A stretch of DNA of 63,934 bases, filler included, from Licmophora abbreviata (taxonomy: Eukaryota), in NCBI GenBank assembly GCA_900291995.1. It is 13 parts of 13 records of this genome, joined end to end, with 100 filler letters (N's around TTAATTAATTAA, not from the genome) between each part and the next. Parts side by side here need not be neighbours in the genome. Positions count along the whole stretch, not along the records: positions 20,122 to 30,280 come from OLMU01001440.1; positions 30,381 to 35,971 come from OLMU01001441.1; 11 more parts are not named here. The stretch is one strand, 5' to 3'. This document shows positions 23,290 to 34,700 of the stretch, piece after piece (position 1 is the stretch's first letter; each line of letters opens with the position of its first letter). The position numbers and the translations under genes were made by a program. The notes under the pieces were generated by a model that ran no database searches, had not been told where the DNA came from, and worked only from the letters and a program-made list of their open reading frames with translations.

Positions 23290-23789
23290 TGACGGGACAG
23301 TTAGTCTGCCCGGCTCACTGTAAGATACAGAGAATTTTGCCGAAGAGCAAGAAGTTAGTAGACGGTAGACATCGATAGACTGACATGCACTCAAAAAACG
23401 TCAGCGGCGCCACGAGTTCCTACTGAGGAATCAGTACACAGCTGCGTACGAAGATGCCCCATGGGGGAACTCGATTCTTCGTGCCGTTGTGGGTTCCATG
23501 CGTCCTTATCCGACGATGTACAACCCTCGCACGCGCATTCTCTTCAATTATGTGGCGCAAATCTCCAGTAATGACTTACTCCCATGCAGAAGCCACACTT
23601 GCGGGCCGGGTGAATGTTGGTATCTTCAATGATGTCAGGGTTGTCAAGAACATCGTCGTAGTCTCCAGCGATGGCAGCTCCGCGGTTGAACGCAGGGGAC
23701 TCCACCTGAAACGGAGCCGCAGGACGGAAGAAGGCAGCAGCCACGCCCACGAGGGCGAGCAGGATCGTAACGAACGCGACGGATTTCAT
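23279..23789 (-). CDS. Small signal/transit-peptide protein, candidate 82-aa selenoprotein; exon 1 23580..23789, exon 2 coding 23279..23317 beginning with TGA (70 aa if TGA is a stop)
   Basis: MKSVAFVTILLALVGVAAA-FFRP... then an acidic stretch and HPARKCGFCMG. Phase-0 intron GTAAGT(23579)..CTACTAAC..TTACAG(23318). The next codons are TGA GCC GGG CAG ACT AAC TGT CCC GTC AGC GGC CTC TAG. Confidence 0.7.
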
Positions 23790-24177
23790 CGTCAAAACAC
23801 CGGACTTGAGCTTTTTGTGACACACAGATCTCATCTTCGCCGGCCGCAATCTTACTGAGTGACGTCATCTCCGAACACCAAATTCAGCACACGAGGTCTT
23901 TGACGTCTGTGTGAAAAGGAACGTTGCACAAAGCAAGCGAGCCCACCAATGGAGAACCTCAGCGTTGCATAGTAAGAATCACATACCAGCTACCGCTACG
24001 TAGAAATACATACGCCGTCTACGGAGATGATTCTCGCCACTTTTTGGGATCCAACGACCAACAACACAAAAATCACAAGGAGTGTCATCTCGCTCAACAC
24101 GTTCATTGTTGTCGTTCCTTGCTCTTCCAACGACGTGCTTAACATCGTCTAGCCACCCCTTAGGAACCTAACCTACG

Positions 24178-26148
24178 ATGAGCCGTCGGCAGAAAAAGAA
24201 CGATCGCAAACTGATGATCGGCGATGGCGACGACGAGGAGAACGAAATGCCGCGACGAAGCCCACGCCATGTTGTCGCAACCAAGAAGATTCGCAGTGGT
24301 GTGAGGAACCTTGCCGCGGTGACCACAAATGTTTTGACCACTCCCCTGAAATGGTCTGCTAGTAACAGTGATAAGAGAGAAGACTCTGAAGTTTCTTTGG
24401 ACGAAAGTAGCGATGACAGTTACATCTTTGACGACGAGGACGTGCACCCTGATGAGAACGAGCAAAAGTACCATGACGATGGCAATCCAATCACTGCTGG
24501 AGAACCACCTTACCGACGAACTTCTAATCTTATGAGGAGGAGTACAAATACGCCTAGCAAACAGAACGTCTCGCAAGATGAGGTCGCAATGCTTCAGCCC
24601 GGCGGTGGATTTGTCGATCCTTGGGAAGTGCCTGTGGATGATCAGAGCGGGCAGAGCAACAACGCGTCCGGAACTAATGAAGGATCCAAATTTCTCGGTC
24701 CTCAGGATATTCATTCTAACATGATTAGTGGCGAGGAAGACATTGCGCGCCTCCGTTTGCTTGCAGGACAGCTCTCTGCGGATTGGCGTGGACAAGACTT
24801 CATGGCACCAGCCTTGGCCAGACGCATTCGTGACTTTCAGTTCGCTCAGGAGAAGCGCCGTAAAAAGTACGGGCATGAGCGTCCTTGGGGAATTCTTGGC
24901 CTCTATGACCACTTAGCTGGAATTCGTGTGGATGTAGAATGGGCGGAAGACGCAGCGTGGAGGCGAGCCAACGGCGAACCGTAAGTTGCATAACAAGGCG
25001 GACGAAAGCCACTATATCCCGCATACATGTTTTCTCACCAACACTTTTTTGACCAATCAACACGTAGATACCTTTCCTGGGCTGACTTTGACGCCAGTAA
25101 GAAGAAAGGTGCCAATCGTCCTTGGTTCATGTACGCGGTTCTCTTTGTATGTACCGTCGCGCTTGTCGCGTCGTTTGCCCTCAACGGATGGAAAGTCGAG
25201 TCTCTCAACGTCAACCCCATGATTGGGCCAAGTGCTCAGACTCTCATTCGAATGGGAGCGAAGGACTCCGACTTGATTGTCAATCACAATGAAGCTTGGC
25301 GGCTGGTCTCGTCGATCATTCTCCATGCTGGTTTGGTACACTATGTTATCAACATGCTCGCATTGTGGTTTGTGGGAAGTGGCATCGAGACAAGCCATGG
25401 CAGCGTGGCCGGAGCTATTCTCTTTGCCATTCCAGCCATCGGAGGAACAATTCTGAGTGCGCTCTTTCTCCCAGAATACATTACGGTTGGTGCCAGTGGA
25501 GGTATTTTCGGACTAATCGGGGCATGTCTCGCAGACATTGCGATGAACTGGAAACTGCTCTTCAGCGATTTCGTCACCGAGAACGGAAAGAAGCATCGTC
25601 ACGCAATGGTGATTGCCTTCATCATATTTGACATTCTTCTTAACTGTGTCATTGGACTTACTCCGTTTGTTGACAACTTTACTCATCTTGGTGGTATGGC
25701 AATTGGTTTCCTGAGTGGGTTGTCTACCATGGAAAGGCTGTCTGTGGACTTTTTTGGAATGAAAGAGGGATGTTGGGTACAGACAAAGCAGATTTTTGTC
25801 CGCTTCTTTGGCCTTATCATCAGTGTCATAGGCATTGTCATCGCTACCATCGTCCTTCTCGAAGGCGATGGCCAGAGCACCCCCTGTCCCGACTGCACGT
25901 GGCTCTCATGCGTTCCTTTTCCGCCGTGGCAAGGACGCACCGACAAATGGTGGTACTGCGACGATTGTGACAGGGTGAAGGCTAATATTTTGCAGTTCCC
26001 ATCTTTGCATCTACAACTCGAGTGTCCGGACGGCACAAGTGTTTCGGTGGGATTGGATGACGAAGATGACGTCGATAGGGATGAACTGACATCAAGCCTT
26101 CCATCATACTGCCGTGAGTTCTGCCCCGACGTCAACGTTCGCTTCTAG
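24178..26148 (+). CDS. Rhomboid-family intramembrane serine protease; intron 24981..25067
   Basis: NPMIGPS, EAWRLVS...LHAG..H...NM, catalytic GASGGIFG, DNFTHLGG, Cys-rich C-terminus. Confidence 0.93.
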
Positions 26149-26263
26149 AAAGAAGTGAATATGCAGTGTATGTTGTGAAACTAAAACCCTAGGTCTCTAA
26201 TTTATGATTCATTATCTTTCGGCTCTTGTACTGTCCAAAGACAAGAAACTGACATCGCGTTTA

Positions 26264-27145
26264 CTATTCGTACGGCTGACAGCCATCAACATCCAACAGT
26301 CGGCACTTGGTGCAGCCAACGACCTGCGGGATGCATGTCTCTCCTTTCTTGTAATCACAGTGTGCTTCGGATAGGCCGTAGGTAGGATCACAGCGTCGAT
26401 AGCAGTTTTCTTGGTCTGGCAAAAGGCTGGTGCTAACGATGCGCGTCCCTTGCTCGGACACAGTCGATTCGTACTTGCAGACATTCAGGCTGTCATCGGA
26501 ACACATTTCTCTGGCAAGCTCCTGCACTCCTTCTTGCCACTTAACACAGATATAGGCGTTCCTTGAATTCAAATTTTCCATTACTTCTGGGTTTCCTTCT
26601 TCCTCGGGCTTGGAAATCTCGGCGGTATCAATCACATCTGGCTGCATGGAAACGTCCGCAATGAGGATTGGCATGTCACCATCGTACTTTGTCGGCGCTC
26701 CGACGATGATGGGGAAATCCTGCTCCTCGCCGTCTCCAAGGCTCTTGGAATTAGAAGGATCCACGTCAGGATCAACGTGCTCTTGTTGGTCATGAGGAGG
26801 AAAGTCAAAAGGAAAGGCCGGAGGAGCAGCTTCGTTTTCCTGCTTGGGATCGATGGGATCTACGGGAATACTGACCTTAACTGCCGACGTCTCGGGGTTT
26901 TCTTCACTCTCAAGAGTCTCAGGAATAACCTCTGGATCTGGCAGCTCGGGAAAGACTTCGGGCTCGGGTTGCTCAGGAAGTCCTTCCGGCTCTCCACCAA
27001 GGCGGCCCGAGGGTGTTTTCTTCGCAGGCTCGGGCTCTCGGTCAGCTCGCTTCTGGTCGCCACGTCGAAGAAATGATCCCCAACGGGCGTCCACCGACAC
27101 GAGAAGGAGCATACAGAGAACGCAAAGCAGATTGAGTCGAACCAT
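26264..27145 (-). CDS. Secreted protein with a Pro/Glu-rich linker and a Cys-rich C-terminal domain, function unknown
   Basis: Signal peptide MVRLNLLCVLCMLLLVSVDA, PE-rich repeats (PEQPEPEVFPELPDPEVIPE), ten Cys in the last 100 aa. Confidence 0.7.
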   Translation of the reverse strand: MVRLNLLCVLCMLLLVSVDARWGSFLRRGDQKRADREPEPAKKTPSGRLGGEPEGLPEQPEPEVFPELPDPEVIPETLESEENPETSAVKVSIPVDPIDPKQENEAAPPAFPFDFPPHDQQEHVDPDVDPSNSKSLGDGEEQDFPIIVGAPTKYDGDMPILIADVSMQPDVIDTAEISKPEEEGNPEVMENLNSRNAYICVKWQEGVQELAREMCSDDSLNVCKYESTVSEQGTRIVSTSLLPDQENCYRRCDPTYGLSEAHCDYKKGETCIPQVVGCTKCRLLDVDGCQPYE

Positions 27146-27499
27146 GGTGATATGTCGAGTGGTCGTGGGGCGAAGTTGTGAGCGTGCTCGGTGTATACTC
27201 AATCGTACGATTGGGATTGTCATGATGTTCAAACAATTTATGCCAATGACCCCCCAAGGAGGCCCAATCTTTAAATGTTGTCGTGAAAAGTCATTTTGAT
27301 TCCCGGACCGAATCTGTCCTGTACATTGTCTGTATCATTTCTTGTTGTGATCAGATGGTTCCCGTTGTAAACCAGCTTGCTTTTTCGAATATTTCTGACC
27401 CTGGTCCCGGTCATTCACCGACCACCTCCTCGGACACTCGCAGGGACATTCACAGTGGGTGTGGATCTGCGAGGGGATTGTGATTCTCATCACGTGACC

Positions 27500-28312
27500 A
27501 TGATGATGAGGGCGTTCTCGTTGCTTGCCTTTCTCTTGCGAATAGCCCCGTTGCGTGCCGAGGTCCAGTCGCTAACAAACGATGACTTCTGGGCAAGAAC
27601 TATAGGAAAGAATGTCTTTGTATTTTTCTCAGCAGAGTGGTACGTACACAGGATGCACCGATGCCACGTGTGTGACTCTGCACATGCGAGAGAGCGACAC
27701 CGGTGTCCGCATTCTGTACGAGGACTGAGACTGACACTTCCTCGTTCTTCTTATCTTGTTTTTTGTGTTGCAAAGGTGCGAGCACTGTCAAGAAATAGCT
27801 CCAGAGTGGGAACGACTGGCTGCGGACTACACAGGCAATCAGGATCTGGTCATTGCCACTGTTGACTGCGAAGAGACCTAGATTTGTGTGAGTTTTTCGG
27901 TGTCGAGTACCTTCCGGCACTACTATACGGTGATCCACAGCATGCAGAAACGTACAGTGACGAAATGGACTATGAATCTCTGAAGAAGTTCACAGACGAG
28001 ACACTGCTGGAGCTGTACTGCAGCGTGCACAATCTTGAGGCGTGCGATGACGGTGAAATTGCCGTCATTCAAGCGCTTCGGCAAAAACCAGTGGACGAAC
28101 TGAAGAAGATCGTGAGGCAAGTAGAGGAGCAAGCTGCCGAGGCTGATGCGATATTTCAAGCGGAGGTGGAAGAGATCCAAAAGAAATACCAAGATGTTGT
28201 GGAAGAGTTCAATGCAAAGGTCGATAGGATGCGCGAGACGAACAACTTTAAGTTTGTGGCAGCGATCCTACAAGAGCAAGGGCATGGCGATGACATAGGG
28301 GTTGAACTGTAG
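27500..28312 (+). CDS. PDI-like thioredoxin (WCEHC) with a C-terminal coiled coil; intron 27640..27775; apparent 1-nt deletion near 27876
   Basis: Signal peptide, SLTNDDF..KNVFVFF.AEW|CEHC, IATVDC, LCEFFGVEYLP.LLYGDP, CSVHNLEACD, ER-retention-like end GVEL. Adding one A at about 27876 gives DCEENLDLCE. Confidence 0.85.
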
Positions 28313-28437
28313 GCTTTGTGTTACTACCTGGTTTCTTGTAGTAGTTTGCTTATCCATAATAACTTTTCTCTTCATGCATCAGACACGCCCCGAGACACCG
28401 ATGCTTACACACACGCTCGCAAAATCTAGCCAGCCAC

Positions 28438-30037
28438 TTAGCTTTCCTTAGGCTTCACAATGTTATCGATGAGGGAGTAGAGCAACACACCTCCGATGCC
28501 GATGGAGCATCCAATCAGCTTGGTGGGGTTGAGCGACTCTCCCATGACGAGAGCGACACCAACAATGACAATGACACGCTTCGCCGTGTTGGCGACACTC
28601 TGCGTGACAGCGCCAGTCTTCTTGAGAGTCATCGTGGATAGCTCGTTGTATCCATAGAACCACAGACCCGAAGCAAGGAGGTTGACCCACAATGCCTTGG
28701 TCGTCTTGGCCATCTCAACGAACTCTCCGAACCTCGAGCCCTCCTTGGCAATGAACACCGGGATGCTCATGAGGAAACCAATAATGGTGGTAAGCGCAAA
28801 CTGGTTTCCGACAGATCCCATGCGATCTTTCAGTCCCTCAGTCTCCATGAGCTTCTTGTTCTCGTTACCCTTGACAGCGGCGAACATGTTGGCAATGCAG
28901 GCCGACACGAGAGCCGACACAGCAAAATCGAGCTCCTTGACGGAGGCGAGAATCACGCCGCCAATCACAATTGGAAGGCACATCCACTTAGCCTTGGACA
29001 CCTTCTTGCCGTAGACGAACTGTGCCAACACAGCGGCGAAGGCCGGTTCGGCGGCCTTGACGATCTGGGCGAACGACACGGCACCTGCGCCCATGGCAAA
29101 TACCGAAGCACTGTGCGCGCCCATGAAGCAAAAGCCTACCGGCAACATCTTCTTCACGTCATCCCAGGTCACGGATGGACGCTTGCGTGCATCCGGGGCA
29201 GCCCACAGAAACATTGCGTAGAGGCATCCCACTCCGAGCTGGAGACTCGAGATTGTCATGGGGAAACCGACCTTGCCACCGGCTGCCTTCAGTGCTAGCT
29301 TGTTGGTGATGTTGTACTAGGTTTCGATGGAAAGATTTAACGCGAGTGAGCACATCAACGTGATCACCATGCACAACCGTTGCAATAGCCATGTAAGTTT
29401 CTTCGATTGCAAGACTTACGTAGTAGTTTCCAAGGTACCAAAAGGCAAAGTAAAGCATGAGCGGGATGTCTACGCTAAAGCCGCCATCTCCTCCTCCACG
29501 GGTCTCTAGGGCTTCACCAGCGGCAGTTTCCTGCAAAGCCTGCAATAACAGTGCAAGTAGTGAACATGGTTGTTTAGCAAAAGTTGCGCGAACCCGTACA
29601 GTACTAGGCAATAACGAAAGTAATGGAAGAAAATGAAACTGAAGATTCCTTTCAATCCAGTATCACACCGTTCTGTGACGGAATCTTCAATATCCATGAT
29701 TTTGGTCCGTGGCTTTGCGCCGATTGAAATGATTGATCGGTAGCCTTCTGAGTAACTTTCACGACCTCCCAGCACTAGTGCCCTCTTACCACCACCCTCA
29801 TGCTCCCTCTGGTCCCCGTACTGTCAATTAAAACCCTCAATACAGTATCTTCCTACTTACAACGGAGTTCAAGCGATTTCCGCGGACGTCCACGGGCTGG
29901 ACCATGGCCGGCTTGTTGGGCATGGGAGGCGCCTTGGCGACGCTTTTCACGGCATTAACAGCACCGCTGTGCAATCCAAATGCCGAAACGGCACTGGTAC
30001 ACACAGTTACAATCAGAAGAGTAGAGGCAAGCTTCAT
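28438..30037 (-). CDS. Plastid triose-phosphate/phosphate translocator family protein; exons 29861..30037, 29420..29539, 28438..29316
   Basis: Bipartite presequence with AVSA-F, YFAFWYLGNYY|YNITNK, GAVSFAQIVKAAEPAF, TQSVANTAKRVIVIV. Confidence 0.94.
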
Positions 30038-31754
30038 TGTTCAACAGAGAAGGAGAGAGCGATGAGTGCCGATGGCCTGACTGATGTGTCAACGGACTGA
30101 TGGCGGCGTATCTTTGGTTCAAGATTCTCTACAACTGAGATCCTGATGGTGTCAGATGCTCTCATCAATTTGAGGATTCCCCTTGTATAATAAAATGTAA
30201 GTACATCTGTACTTGACCAATGGAATCTGAATCCTGTGTTTAGTATTGTACGCTAGCACGCTTGTCGTATTATTTGTGATNNNNNNNNNNNNNNNNNNNN
30301 NNNNNNNNNNNNNNNNNNNNNNNNTTAATTAATTAANNNNNNNNNNNNNNNNNNNNNNNNNNNNNNNNNNNNNNNNNNNNAGCAACCCTGATTATTCTCA
30401 CACACACCACGATGGCATCATGATGGCGTTTGATACAATGTTCCTCATTCCGATCGCATCCAACACACCATAGCAGTGATCGTTCTCGCATCAGCATGCA
30501 CTCTGGTTTGACTTTCTTGTTGATTCATGGTTCATGGTGGTGTTCTTTGTTGCTTACTCGTACACTTTGTAAGCTGCCTTCTTGATGAATGATGGTCCTC
30601 GTGTGCTCGTGTGGCGCGTGTGGTGCATCGATTGAGTCGGCGTGCTGTCGACTCCATGCTCTCAGTTTCGCACTTTGACGTAAGTCACTTACTGGTTTTG
30701 TCAGCTAGCTACTGGCTGCTCGGAAAGAACTCATTTTCTTGTTTTTGTTTATGCAAGCATTATGTCCTTGGTCCCTAGTCGCTTGCATGTGTTTGCTTCT
30801 CTTCTTGGGCCCTGATGCGAAACGACGGACACGTGGTCGCTTCTCGGTTGTTCTGGGTCCGAGGAAAATGCGGTCGGTTGTTCTGGGTCCGACGACGATG
30901 CGAATGGCTGGTGAGCATCAACTAGATGTTGCCGGCGGCGCTCCCAGATTGCAAGTGTTTGTGTCACTCTCTTCTTTTTCGATTCTGCACTTCTTAGCCG
31001 AAAACAACGACATAGAAATTTACGCTTCTCGGTTGTTGTTGAGCTCAAAGAGGCATATCGATGTTGCACCTCGTAGAGTACTTGGAGTCGGCTACATCTG
31101 CTACCAATGAGTTGTATTGACTGCGTTGACATCATGGCTACTACGTTACAACTCTTTGCTTCGATTCTATATCTTGAGTTCGGCGCGAAAAAGGATGGAC
31201 GCGTGGACACCTCGCCTTGTTGGTTGCTCTGGGTCTGACGATACATACGGCTGGAGTGGTGATGGAGAACTTTTGAAGCAATGGCGACACAGGATCGAAG
31301 AGCTGTGCGTCCACCATGAGTCGCCATTATCTTATATTGCTCCTTGTGTGACGTTTGGGGTCTTTGCTTGGTCGCGTATGCGTCGATGGCATTCAGTTTC
31401 CTGCGGCACTGAAGCCCTGCAGCATCGGGTCACGAAACCATCAATATTTTAAGAAGTAACGTCCATAATAGCAGTCACTTTCTGTCGACGGTTTATATTC
31501 GGCGGAGAATTCCAATCTAATACCCAATTTCCAGCCGGCGTGATTTGTAAGTCTAACATATTTTAACCAATGGCGAATGCCACGAGGAGAGCTGATGGTA
31601 GAATTTCCTACTCTTGATGCGAGAATTGTTGATGATGTATGCATGCACACTGCGCTTTCAATGCAACTAGCCAATAATCGCCAATTCAAATGTACTAATA
31701 AGTAGTCTGTGCATTATCTGAGGTACAAATTAGGTTGGAGATTCCCGGTCAAGA

Positions 31755-34700
31755 TTAGTGACGGAGGCTTCGATGATCTCCAGTCGGACTAGATAGGTCC
31801 AACTTGTAGCAGATGTAGCGAACGGCGCCCGACATCTCGATATTCAATCTCAATTTCGTCACGTCCTTCTCGTAACCGAATGACACTTCCTGAACGGAGT
31901 TGTCTCCAAGACCGTGGATCGGGATCTTCGGCTCATAGTATCCGCCAGCCTTCTTAATATCCAAAGAGGCGTAGACTCCCTCATCCAGATCCATCAGTCC
32001 AAGGGACGTCAGCGTAGCTTCGTACGCAAAGTTAAACTCGATGGTACCTCCACCAGCATTGTCATCGACGTCTCGGTCCTTTTCTTCTTGAATGATCAGA
32101 ACCTTACCCTCGTACTCGCAATTTTCGCCGGGCATGTGTTCCTCTCCTCCGGCTCCCTCACCAGGACCGCCACCCGGACAAGAGTGGTTGGGGCTGCCAA
32201 GATCTAGGTCGGATCCAGGAGTAGCAGTGTCCATGATGCGTCCTCTGCCGTACGGAGCGTAGCCCCCTGCGCCTGGATACACGGTGATAGTTAATCCCCA
32301 TGAATTCCATTCGTCGCTCACATAGTCCCCGTGATGAAGAAAGTTGCCATGTGCATCTTGTTCAAAGCCAACGCATATCTCACCTGTAGGAGTTGGAGGT
32401 TCAGTCGGTGGGTCAATCGGTGGGTCAATCGGTGGGTCAGTCGGCGGTCAGTCGGCGGGTCAGTCGGCGGATCAGTCGGCGGGTAAGTCGGCGGGTCAGT
32501 CGGCGGGTTAGTTGGCGGGTCAGTCGGCGTGACCGTCGGGGGAACAATCGGCGGATCTGTCGGTGGGTCAGGCGTGTCGCTACAATAGCAGATATAACGG
32601 ATGGCCCCCGAGTGATCCAAAACGTACTTCATGCGCTCAACACCCTGCTGTTCAACCACGATGTCCTGCACCGAGTTGTCTCCAAGGCCATGCAGGGGCT
32701 GGGTATATGATGGCACATTGTAGTCAAAATAATGAAACTTGAGATGTGCTGACTCGCCCACATCAAGATCGAGCAATCCTACTGTCAAGACGGTTGTGGA
32801 GCTGGAGAATATAAACTTGATGGTGCCACCGTATGCATTGTCGTCCACATCTCTATCCGATTCTTCTTGAATAATGAGAACATTACCCTCGAATTGGCAA
32901 TTCTCTCCAGGCATAAGCTCCTCCCCTCCTTGTCCCACGCCGGGTCCGCCACCAGGACACGAGTGATTCGGAGTACCAAGATCGATGTCGGATCCAGGCG
33001 TGGAGGTATCCATGATTCGGGCAGAGCCATTGGGGGTGTATCCCCCGTCGTCAGATTCAGCAAAAATGACAAAACCCTTGGAAGACCACTCGTCACTCAC
33101 GTAATCACCGTGTTTCACCTGACTGCCGTCAGGGTAGTGGTCAAAGTATTCGCAAACTTTTCGCTGGTAACATGATTCGATGGGATCGATTGGCGGTGCA
33201 AGTATAATAGGTGGTTTGGACGGCGCTGGGGATGGGAGAGGCATGACAGGAGCCGGGACTGGCATAGGTGTCGGCTAAAGCGAAATTTGTATTGCGGCAG
33301 CACGCCAAGTGGTAAGTTGCGACGTAGCAAGATCGGGAAACGGTGCAACAGTGACGAAGTACTCACCTTTCGGGTCGGCTCGGGCGTCGGAGCAGCTTTG
33401 ATACTAACTTTTGCTCGATTGTCATCGGAGACGGGCGTTCCCTCGTCGTCTGTTCCTTCAGCCATTGCAGTGCTCACAAAGTAGTTGCCTGCATTTCCAA
33501 ATACACTCTTTGTAAACGTGCAGCTGATGCTGTTGTCTGGTCCAGGTAGAATTGTCAACGGGACAGAGCAGTCGCCTACGCCATCCAAGTTGCCGAAAGT
33601 GTCCGTGGTGAGACTCGTAATGGTCACCGGATCCGTTGCATCTGACGTATTCTTGATGATCACGGTGAATGTCACTGGAGAGCCAGGCGCGTAGATGGAT
33701 GACGGATCCGGAAAGTACTTGATCACTATACTGGGGTCGCCCTCGGGGATAGGAGTCGGCTTGAAGGTTGGCCTAGGCGTCGGCTGTTTGTGGTATAGAC
33801 CAAATACAGTTCAAGACATGGTGAGCGGCGAGTTCCGTTTGTGAGAGTACGCACCGTTAGAAAACAAATGCATTCACACACTTACCTTCGGGGTGGGTGG
33901 TGTCGTTGGAGCGGCAAGCACGTTCACTTGAGAACCGTCCGTATCCGAAACGGGGGTGCCTTCGTCGTCATTTCCAGAGGCCGTCACATCATCGCCGAAC
34001 GACTGACCAGCTGTGCCCATGAGTTCGACTTGAAAAGAACATATGTATTCGCCCATAGGGGCTATCGTCTGGTCGAGCTCACAGCTACCTTGACCATCCA
34101 AGTTGCCGAAGTTGACAGACTCAAGGCTCGTAATGGTCACCGGATCCGTAGGTCCCGATGTGTTCTTGACAACTACTGTGTATTGCACCGCCCCAGCAGG
34201 CTCAAAGATGGTGACAGGATCTGCCGTGTACGTAACCGTAATACCAGGGTGCACCTCTGTCGGATACGGAGTCGGCTTGGATGTCGGATATGGAGTCAGC
34301 TTGAATGTCGGATAAGGGGTCGGCTGGGCTGTTGGATACGGCGTCGGGTTGGAGGTTGGATACGTCGTCGGCTTAGGAGTTGGCTGCGCAGGTTGTCAAA
34401 TTTCGAAACATTAGTTTCATTTCCAAGGTTGAAAAATTGAAAAAAACATGATTAAACTCACCTCAGGGGTTGGCGGCTTGGTCGGTGGCGCACGGACTTC
34501 AAGTAAGAGGTTGTCGCTTGCCGCAACAGGCGTGCCTTCATCGTCTGTTCCTGAGGCACTCGCCTCGTCACTAAGAATCAGACCGTCGCTACCAACAACT
34601 TCGATTTTAAACTTGCAAGTGTACTCTCCCATAGGAGCGATGGTTACACCAGCTTCACAAGTTCCCATACCGTCCAGGTCCCCGAACATCTCCGTGTTGA

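Noticed and set aside
30381..31750. ORFs 30739..31110, 30749..31327 and a 30-nt tandem duplication near 30843-30902
   Set aside because: No recognisable domain or convincing gene structure, and only two repeat copies with no spacers.
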